Assembly (NCBI RefSeq): GCF_963506605.1
Contig: NC_083283.1
Coordinates: 82,026,001-82,090,000 of the forward strand
From: Zootoca vivipara
Taxonomy: Eukaryota
Direction of reading: 5' to 3'
Length of the DNA stretch: 64,000 nucleotides
Positions 1 to 10,700 of the stretch are shown in pieces (position 1 is the first letter of the stretch; each line of letters begins with the position of its first letter). The notes under the pieces were generated by a model, which saw nothing but the letters and a program-made list of their open reading frames with translations, had not been told where the DNA came from and ran no database searches. Both the position numbers and the translations under genes were made by a program.

Positions 1-354
1 GGTTGATCCAGACATCTTATTACACCGTACAAAAATCATTTAACAGTTTGGAAAAGCTTTTCTGAAATGTAGTAACAGTGTGCTGTGCATCCAGCTTGGT
101 GTAATAAATAAAAGATAAAAAATAAACCGTGCTCATATAAACAGCACTGGGAATAAAGGCGGATGCAATTTCAGTATTCCATACACATTATTGGCTTTGC
201 CTCTGGAAGTCCCTGGTTCGTTTTCTTTCAGAATTATGGCCAAATTAGATGAGATGGTGGCACCGGCAGCCACATTTATTTAACTGGATGGATGACAGCC
301 AGGGCCAATCTAGTCCATTATCCTTTTCTTCAGTGGCTAAGTATATGCCTATAA

Positions 355-714
355 AAAGGTAAAGGGGCCCCTGACCATCAGGTCCAGTCGTGTCCGACTC
401 TGGGGTTGTGGCGCTCATCTCACTCTATAGGCCGAGGGAGCCGGTGTTTGTCTGCAGACAGCTTCCGGGTCATGTGGCCAGCATGACAAAGCCGCTTCTG
501 GCAAACCAGAGCAGCGCACGGAAACGCTGTTTACCTTCCCGCCAGAGCGGTCCCTATTTATCTACTTGCACTTTGACGTGCTTTCGAACTGCTAGGTTGG
601 CAGGAGCTGGGACCGAGCAACGGGAGCTCACCCCGTTGCAGGGATTCGAACCGCCGACCTTCTGATCAGCAAGCCCTAGGCTCAGTGGTTTAACCCACAT
701 CGCCACCTGGGTCC
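355..714 (-). mobile_element. Sauria SINE, near full length
   Basis: tRNA-like head (ggtggcgatgtgggttaaacc...ggttcgaatccc) and (ACCTTT)n tail on minus; same family as the other copies. Confidence 0.9.
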
Positions 715-1659
715 AATAAGCACAACAGCATCCCTCTCAGCTGATGATCCTCCATGAATAATCCCCTTTTAAAGCTGTCCAGGTTTTGGGGGGGGGCATC
801 ATTGTGCTGCAAATTCCACAGTTTGAACTATGTGCTGTGTGAAGAAGTCATTTCTTTTTTCTTGTCCTGAATCTTCCACTATTCAGCCTCACTAGGTGGT
901 CCCAGGTGTTATTCGAGAGAGAAGAGAACTACTCTCAATCCACGCTCTCTAGTAATATTATACACAGGTATCGTGTCCTTCCCTTATGTGACTTTTTTTC
1001 CCCTTCCCCAAAACTGAAAAGCTCCCAACCTTTACTTACTGGGGAGTTGTTTCAGTCCCTGGATCATTTTGGTTGTCCTTTTCTGGACCACGTCCAGGCA
1101 TTTCATCTTCTTTTCGAGGTGCAGATATTGGTGGATTGCAACTCCCATCACCCCCAGGCAGAGTGGCCAAAAATCAGGGAGGAGGAGAGTCGCAACCCAA
1201 CGACATCTGGAGGGCCACAGGTTACCTACCTACCTGTAGATGTTGAACATGACGGAGGAAAAGTTGTTGTTGTGGTTTTGTAAGAACTGTATAGCATAAA
1301 TGTCACAGAGCTAAGGAACAGTCCTTAGCACCAACATCTGGAATATGCTTGCCAGATAGACCTGGAGCCACCAGAGGATGGTGCCAAGCTGTTTTTGTCC
1401 AAATTCAAGCTAGAAATAAACTGAAATGGATGTTAAAAATGAGGATTACGTATCAGAGCCTGGAACTGGACAACCACTGTTCACAGAAGCACCATGACCC
1501 AAAACAGATTTGTTACTAGCTAATAGTTGGGGGATCATTATAGTGGGAGGACAAAACCTCTCAGATCCAGCGTGGATCCAGCGTCCTGACTCAGCTCCTG
1601 GGGAAACGACTGTGCCAGATGGAGAATTTTGTGATATCCTCCCTACAATAGGATCTCAC

Positions 1660-1798
1660 CAACAAGACTGGCCTGCTGCTCTTTCGCCTTTCCCAGCTCT
1701 TTCTGCAAGCTTTGATAGCTGGCTTGGGATTTGCAGAGTTCTTCGCCCATCTCTTCCAAGCTTTTCTGCAGTGGGGCCTCCTTTTCTTTTTGGGATAT
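1660..1798 (-). CDS. RRBP1: RRBP1 exon (ISQKEKEAPLQKSLEEMGEELCKSQASYQSLQKELGKAKEQQASLV)
   Basis: atgcag / GTGAGA, 139 nt; coiled-coil continuing in phase. Confidence 0.88.
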
Positions 1799-4700
1799 CT
1801 GCATGAAGGAGGTGGGATAAAAATTAAGATGTGAGACAAAAGCAGGCTTATAAGCACAGGGTTACTTTTTGAAAGCCACGTGACTTCTAGCATGTCGTAC
1901 CAGGGCATTGCGCCTATCAGGTGCAGTGAGGCAGTTGGCTCTGGATGGCTGGGAGGGGCAGCAGCTTCCAGCTTGCATGGAGTACCCTCCTGACTGCCTC
2001 CTGCACCTGTTGGCTGCCTCCTCATCCACTGCGCAACCAAAGCCCACCACCCACTGCCAGAGGAGGAGGCAGGGGTGTTTTCTGTTTTGCCTTTGGTGGC
2101 AAAACATCCTGGGGTGGCCCTGATTATTGCTGTGACAATTCCTGTCCTGTATATCCCAAAACATGCATGCAGATCAAGATGAGCAGGTGACAGCAAAGGT
2201 TGCAAGGTTTTTAGCTGGGACAATTAGAATAAGATCCACCATTTGACTATTGATTCAAAACCCTAAAATGTATTTTATATAATTGACTTTTTATTTCTAT
2301 CCATTGTATGTCGTATTGTTGTTTTATTGCTATGGCCAATGGCTGATGCAAATAAAGATTCATTCATTCATTCATTCAAGCATGCATACAGCTTCACAGA
2401 TGACTCCATGGGTATTACCGCTATTCAGGAATTTTGTCACACATGAAGCACACATATTTATTTGTCACGAGTACCAGAAAGCAACAATTGCTGCAGCTTT
2501 CCAGTGCAGATACATTCAGGAAAGCAGGTATGAATAAATGAATTTGTGTCCAACACGGTTTCCCTAGAGTTGTTCATGAGCTTATTCCATCTTATCACCA
2601 TGAGAGGGGTGGGGGTGGGGGTGGGGTCGTTGTAAATGCAGAACAGTGAACAGCAGTTATTGGACAGCACCCCCCCCCCGGTCTACTTGTCTCTAAAGCC
2701 ATCGTGCTTTCTGTTTGTCGCCCACTGGCCATAGAGCTGACACAAAGTATGACAAATTCCAGGATTAGAGGGATACAACAGTCTGCTTATCCTCCAATGT
2801 GCCACACTTCCGGAACCCTAAACAGATGTGCTGAAAAAGCAGCGGATCACCCCATCCACTGATTTCCTGAATGGGGTGGTGCCTTAGATGCTATGCCAAA
2901 AGGGAGTGATCTTACGAGACCCTTTGTAATGGCCCCAGATGCATCTGATACAGATAAGAGACAGTTTCATATCAGTCTTTAGATGAATATGCAGTATAGT
3001 GTATACGTAAATGGAAAACTCTTTCCTACAGAATGTAATTCCTATGCATTTTGTGATCTTTCTGTTGTGAACCACCTTGAGATCTATGGNNNNNNNNNNN
3101 NNNNNNNNNNNNNNNNNNNNNNNNNNNNNNNNNNNNNNNNNNNNNNNNNNNNNNNNNNNNNNNNNNNNNNNNNNNNNNNNNNNNNNNNNNNNNNNNNNNN
3201 NNNNNNNNNNNNNNNNNNNNNNNNNNNNNNNNAAAGGCTTTATCCATTAAATGGACCATTTGAAGCCAAATGATTATCTGTTGAGTAACACAGTTTCTGT
3301 TATGTATTATGTATTTAGTTTGACTGCAATACTCATTCTGGACACCGTGGCTGCAGTTCTCACTCAGGTCCACAACATGCAAATGAAGGATTGAGACTGC
3401 TGTTCCCGGATTGGGTAACTAGGGAAAGTTTGTTACTGTTGCAAGTTACTGAGTACTATATAAGCCAGCCGGCTAAGCTATTGTGCAGTCCAGTACTCAG
3501 AGCTGAAATAAGGAGCTGGTTGTTTTAAGAGCTGTGTCTTCATCCGCCTTTCCCACGACTCAACAGTTTCCTTAACTGCATCGGTCAGCTAGCTACATAT
3601 GATAAGTCCATACAACATAAGGGTGCAGAGATGAATAATGGCCCTGCAACCATGTGAAAATGAATGGTGACACACACACACCCAGCAGGGGACAGGGGCC
3701 ACCATATTGATTTCCTGTCCCATGAGGATCTGAAGGGCCTTTACAGTGGGACGCAGAAGGGGACACTCTCTAAGTGAAAGTGTCTCTAAGCGAAGTCACC
3801 TTCCCGGGGTCAGAAATGGAAATATGCCAGAACCCAAATCTTTCAACTTCTAGCAATCTTTTCACTGTAAGCACAGAACTATTGGTACCTGTCTGTTACT
3901 GACCTGGAGCTGCTGGATTTGTTCTTCGGAGGCAGCGACCTTTATCTCCAAGACCCTTTTCTGATCTTCCACCTGCTGTAATGTGCCCAACTTTTCAGTC
4001 AACTCTTTGCCTAGTCTGCTACACTCCTGGCGCAGTTTGGCCAGTTCGGCATTTTGTCTGAATTACAAAAGTGAAAATAGCAAGGTCTGAATCAAGCTTG
4101 CTTCAAAACAATTCTGATTTTAAAGAACTGTAAAATCTACCTATATGCAACATTTGATAAATAGAACCGTATCAGCATCTTGTTTCCCCACCATCCATAT
4201 CTTCCTAGCAATGTAAGTCTGGCGTCATAATTTTTTTCTCTTGCCGCCAGCATATATAAGGGATGGGAACAGGAAATAATGGAAATGGTTATGGGAAAAT
4301 GTTCCACCTAAATTGTTGTCTGCTGATTTGAAGGAGAACTATTATAATATTCTTGGAGAACGATACTCCACATAAGTTAAATTTAATACTGTATACAGAG
4401 TAGGGCATTATAACTGTTGGAGAGGCAGTTATTTAAAACAGATTTTATGCATATTTGAAAGGAATGCCCTCAAATGCAATTGTGGAATTCAATATCTGTG
4501 GTTATTTGGGATACGCTATATACCTTTCATGCCCAAGATTGTTATGTTTGGCTATTTTAAAACAGTCATCTTAAAAAAATGATCTAGAGGTGACAACTAA
4601 ATTGATCACTGCTGCAAAATCAGTGATAGCTAGACTGGAAAAAGAGAACACCCCTTTTTGGAGTGGGTTGGGAAAAAATGGTCTATCATGACAATGATCA

Positions 4701-7700
4701 ACTGCTCTGGATGTTGCCTACTAAGTGAATATTCTCAGAACAGAATTCACACAATAAAGAAATTATTCAGTGTTAGCACCTAACTAATTCAAAGACTTCA
4801 CACTAAAGCCACACCTATTGTCTGCACAGACCACCCCTATAAAATTCTTCCCTCTTACATTACATTTTCACGTTGACTAAAATATTGTCCATCTTACTTG
4901 CTCTCGGTCTGGCTTGTGGCTTGGTTTAAAGCATCTCTGAGAATGGAATTTTCTTGCTGCAAGCGAGCAAGTTGGGTGTTAGGGCCATTCTCCAGTTGTT
5001 CTTGTAGAGTTCGAATCTGAAAATCAACGAAGAAGAACATCAGAACAGCTCCCGGCTATCATTTACATCTAGATGTAGCAGCTCAGGGTTCGGCATGGAA
5101 AGCACATAGCTTTACCATGAAGATTCTAGGCCTCTCTTTTTACTCTACACTGTTTTTTGTTTGGTTTTTCTAACTGAGAGTCAACTGGCATGTCAACCAG
5201 TATGTAGACTAGAACCCCAGCTCATGGGCCAGGTGTCTCCACAGCCTAATGCAGCCCTCTGAGTCCCCTCCCAGCCAGCAGGGAGCAGCAGAGAAGGAAA
5301 AGGCCTTTGGTGCTGCTCCAAGGGTACAATTGTAGCTCCTTCCTCTACCACACAAAGAGAACATGTCTCCACAGAGAAGCATACTTGGTTTCTGTTGCAA
5401 ATACATGCAATTTTTTATATGCCATTGCATTCTGAAGTGTGAGGCTTTGAATAGCTCTAAGGTAGGGTTTGCAATTCAGATGGGCATTGATTATTTGCAA
5501 TCCTCTGATGGCATTACAGAGTTCTTTTCACCCTTTGCACCATCGGAATAGGGTAAAGGAGAGCTTTATAAACCAATTTTATTTTTTAAAGTCTACAGAG
5601 AAACCAAACCGGAAGGTGAAACTTTTAAGAATTAACTATATGCCTCAGTTTCCATGGGAAACGGCTTTGGGGTAGGGATTGTGTGGGTCCGCTTGCCCCA
5701 GCTGAATCGCGGGATGCAATCATGGACAGTTTTCCATCTGAAAAGTTTTCCTACCCTTGGTTTAGACTGAATATATTTGAGCCAAAGAGATATGGGCCAA
5801 ATCTAGCGTATGAGAAAGCGGCTATGGATGCTTCGTCACACAGCCAGTTGTTTATTTGTGCTTTGGATGAAGGAGATCCAAGTAGGACAAAGCTCTAATA
5901 TTGCTCTTCTCATTCTTCCACAAAAAAAAAGAATTCCAACGGAATCCTTGACAACAAATAAACCTGTGTTAAATAACATGAAGCCACTTATCCCACCTTT
6001 CCTTGCAACTGTTGGGTCTCAGTCTCACGATCCTGGTAAGTGGCCTGCATGCGTGCTTGTAGAGCGGTCACCTCCTGGTCACGTGTCTGCAGCTGCTCCT
6101 TCAACTTATTCTCAACACTTAAGGCTTTTGCCTTCTCTGCTGTGAGTTCCTTCAAGAGAAGACGTTTATAATGAGGTGTGCATAAAAGGCGGAGTCAAGG
6201 TCTTGAACATACAGCAAAGGAGAAACTCAAGACACTGCTGATTCTTGGGATTACTCAGTTACTACAGTAGGCCTCAGTTTAATTAAAACACAGATTTAAA
6301 CCGGTATTAATAACCCATTTGCTTATGGGTGCCAGCAGCATGCCATTCTGAACTATGCTCCCATGATTTCCTATGATGTGACACACAAACTATACAAACT
6401 CACACATCATAGTCACTGTTTCTTTATGACAGGCGGGCGCAGCAGCGGGCATGTGGTGGCAGCGCCAACCCTTCCAGCTGTCTGGAGCCTCTGCCGTGAG
6501 ACAACCACTTCATGTGCCCTGCAGTGAGAGGTGGGGTTTGTGGAAGAGACCCATGGGTTGGACAGAGAGGCCTTGAAAGCCGTCTTCGGTCCCCGGCCTG
6601 AGTTTCCTCACCCTTGGTAGAAGAGAACACAGCTCACACTTTGAACTTTAAGTGGGCTCATTTGCACTCTGTAGCAACCTGATGCTATAACCCAGGCACC
6701 CCCAAACCTCGGCCCTCCAGATGTTTTGGACTACAATTCCCATCTTCCCTGACCACTGGTCCTGTTAGCTAGGGATCATGGGAGTTGTAGGCCAAAACAT
6801 CTGGAGGGCCGCAGTTTGGGGATGCTTGCTATAACCACTAAAAAGTGTTGAGGTCTCCTAGTTACAGGGTTGACCTGGAATGAAGTTACACATCCACCTC
6901 AAAAGTGGGGGTAGCTTCACAGATTAGATTGAAGCAACATGAGACGGCTCTCACAAATCACTTTAGTATCTAACAAATTACTTTAGTATCTCACAAATCA
7001 CTTTAGTATCTCACAAATCACTTTAGTATCTCACAAATCACTTTAGTATCTAAAGGCCTGGTCTGCAAAAAGGTGCTATTGGAGGGTCACTAAGAAAGGG
7101 TTGATGGTGGCAGGTACAATCCCTGTGGTGTAATGTGTCTTCTTCGATATAAGCAATGTAATATTTGATAACACTCTGTCAGAAAAGGCATTGACACCTC
7201 CGAATGACAAAACTTTTAGTCTAATTTTGAGCATTTTCATATGGTATTCATAATATTCACTAGAGCCCTGGGACTATTCTAAATATGCTCAAAAGAATAT
7301 CAGGCCACAGCTCTTCAGAAGGAGAGAATGATTGATTACATTCTGCAATAAGTTTCTTTGTATGTTGTACCAGGTCACCCCTAAGCACCCCTTGTATGGA
7401 CTGGAGCAGGAAGCCGCACTCCCATAGGGGCAGAAAACCTGTTGCCAAGATTTGATATGTAAATTTGCAAATCCATCCTAAAGTGGGTGACTTCAAAATA
7501 AAAAAATTCCTTCAGTGGCACCTTAAAGACCAACTAAGTTTTTATTTTGGTATGAGCTTTCGTGTGCATGCACACTTCTTCAGTTACGAAGATATGGGTG
7601 ACTTCAGAATGTTGTTGTTGAAACTCTGCAAATCACAGCAAACAGTGAAGCTCCTTGATGATAAATAAATGATTAAGAGCAGAATGAGAGAATGTTCCCA

Positions 7701-10700
7701 TTGCCAGCAGATGCCATAAGCAGGAATGAAAATATGAAACACACTCTGGACACAGATAAGGAGCTTGTATCCAGGCAACGGGGCCCAAAATGTAAGTTCT
7801 GAATATTTGAAGCGCCACTTCTGAAGCCACTGTAAGAACCTACCTTGGAGAGTTCTCTCAGTTTAGCTTTTGCGAGAGTTACATTTTCTTGTTCCGTTGC
7901 GAGTTGCTTCTCTCTGTCCTCTAGCTGTCGTTTCAGAACGGCAATGGGGTCGCCTTTCTGAGTTGCCTGCAACAAGAATCAATTCAGTGCCGGATGAAGT
8001 GCTTCAGAACTACCACCGTATTCTCTTGTATGCCAGCCAGCTATCAGACCCAAAAGTGATTGCTTGGTATCATAATGGCAATCAATGGAAGGACAGAGTG
8101 TTATCCCATTTCCCTTTTTCTTGTTATTCATCAGAAAAAGTGGATGTGTAGAAAATCCACGCTCTCTTTCCCTCCATTTTGCTTGATCAAGGCAAGCACG
8201 TGCTTCAGCCGACTCCTGAATCCAGAAAACCAGAACAGGTTCTGTCTGGCAGAAAGATGGAGAAATCCAGCAGCATACCTGCCAAGTTCCGGCCTGAGAA
8301 ATAAGGGACTGGACTGGAAGTAGCAGACCGGAAGTAGCGCTGCCGCCATTTTGGAACTGGGCGGAGCAGCATCAAAAGTCGCTTCTGAGCATGCTCCGCC
8401 CAGTTCCAAAATGGCCGCCACGCCAGAATAAACCGGGGGGAAACAAAAAAATTGGCTGGGGACAGCTGGAAAAACGGGGGTTTCCTGGGGAATACGGGAG
8501 ACTTGGCAGCTATGCAGCAGCAATTTCCCCCAGCGATAATCATCCTTTCCTGTGCCCTGGGAGCAACTAGCATCTTCCCAAGCTTCACACTAGTTACCTG
8601 ACCTGTGCTCTGATTGGCTAAAAAATGCCAACTATCCCTGAGTCCAACGTGGGTGGGAGATCCATCTCCCTCACCTTCCATTCTGCACCACCCATCAGAA
8701 AACTCTGCAAGCGAAAGCCTACACTGTGTTGCACATCAGGAGACCACAAGCCTCTTTGTAACCAGGTCAGAGAAAGATAGATCTCAGCTAAAAAGCTCTC
8801 TTTCATTTTCAATAGCCTGCTTTTGCTCTTTTCTCCTCTCCTCTTCTTTTGTATTCTTCATAAAACCTCGTATAATTTGGCTGCTGAGGTCCGGAATGAG
8901 TTTATGTCAAACTGTAGGATTCTGGACTAGCTGCTACTGGAGTGAAAGAACAGGCTGCATTGAAAGCAGTCAGGTGCTTGCCCTGTTGTCCCTCGCGAAC
9001 CGAGGGGGATCTTAGCAGAGAAAAGCAACTTTCTTGAACCCCAGGAAAGATCAAGGAAACCAAATGCTATCTTGGGGTCCCAGTTTTTACTACTTCTGTG
9101 AGCACCCCAGAATCCCCTCCTCTCTGCAGGCCGTAAGTGTTGACAGATGGGGGTCACAGTGATTACTGAATAGTTCTAAGATGTGACTGGCCTACTTGCA
9201 AGGTTGTTGTGGAAGGAAGGGCATAAGCAGGCTCCCCTAGCCCCCCATTTCCATTGCAGTGGACACTTCACAAAAGCTTATGCTATATCACATTTGTTAG
9301 CAAGCCTGGCCCTTCATTAACCTACCAGAGACCTTTGCCCCAAGCTCTAATTTTTTTAAAAAAAATCACAGAACAAGTTGCAAAATATCTAAATATAGAA
9401 ATTTCACATAGACAATCTATAACTGCTTTTTTAAAAAAACCTCCATTCTAAGTAACATATATTTTATATTATGCAACGTTAATTTTATTTGGCGCTGATG
9501 AACCATAAATATATATATATATATATTTGGGAGGTTTCATGAACCAGAGATCCATTGGTTTATAAAATAAACTGGACCAAGTCAGAGGCTCTGAGTTACA
9601 TCCCCCTTGATATGACCCTACTGCAGGCATCCCCAAACTCGTAAGAGGATGTAAGATGGTGTGGCTGGCTGGCTAGCTGGAATGCTGAACAGAAGCACCC
9701 CATACTGCAACATTTTGTTGCAGAGCCCACTTCTGATTGAATATTTTCAGTTCTGAAAAAATAAATTTGCACATTGTAAATTGTCATGTTAGGGAGAAGG
9801 GTTCTAATTTAGTTTTCTACATGCCTAAGACTTTTGGGGATGGGTTAATAATGTAATCACGTGAGCACCCCCTGCAGTCTGGAATTGTGTGGTTCAATCT
9901 CAGGTTTACTGTGTCAGAGATAATTAGGCCCAAGTCTCAGTACATTCACTAGAATTTACTTCCCAATAAGTATGTTCAGAACTGTGTTCTAAAGCAGGCA
10001 TCCCCAGACTGCGGCCCTCCAGATGTTTTGGACTACAATTCCCATCATCCCTGACCACTGGTCCTGTTAGCTAGGGATCATGGGAGTTGTAGGCCCAAAC
10101 ATCTGGAGGGCCGCAGTTTGGGGAAGCCTGCCCTACTGTCATGGCCATTTCAATAGGCAAGGACACCCTGCTGCTTTCTCCGCTGTAGAAGAAACAACCA
10201 AATGGCCTGGCTCTTCCTTAGTCTGTTGTGTAGAGTCAATGTCCTCAAGATGAACGTAAGAAAACTAAGAGCAGCCTGCTGGACCAGGCCAATGGCCCAT
10301 CTAGTCCAGCTTCCTGTTCTCACAGAGGTCAGCCAGATGCCTGCAAGCAGGAGCTGAGCACCACAAGAGCCTTCTGCCCTCCTGATGTTTCCAGCGACTG
10401 GGATTCAGAAGCATCACTGCCTCTGGCCGTGGAGGCAGAGCACAGCCATCCCGGCTTGTAGCCATTAATACTCTCATGAAGTGTATCCACAGCAGGCCTT
10501 TGATGATCAAAAGATGTCCATACCATCAGCCACGGGTCCTGAGCCCCTCCTGCTTTCTCGGTCAAGATTTCAATCAGTTGCTGGGCCTCCCCTTGACCAA
10601 AAACCATGCTGCTAATTATGGAACATAAGGTCTTATAGGGAACGTAAAGCATATTTTCAACATCTGTGGTACCTAAAAACAGAAGTGTGAGGAGAGAAGT

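Noticed and set aside
1591-2223. 210-aa minus ORF with a basic stretch
   Set aside because: Off-frame reading across the RRBP1 exon 1660-1798 and its intron.
6951-7050. Regular repeats resembling a CRISPR array
   Set aside because: Head-to-tail 20-mers with no unique spacers, in eukaryotic DNA.
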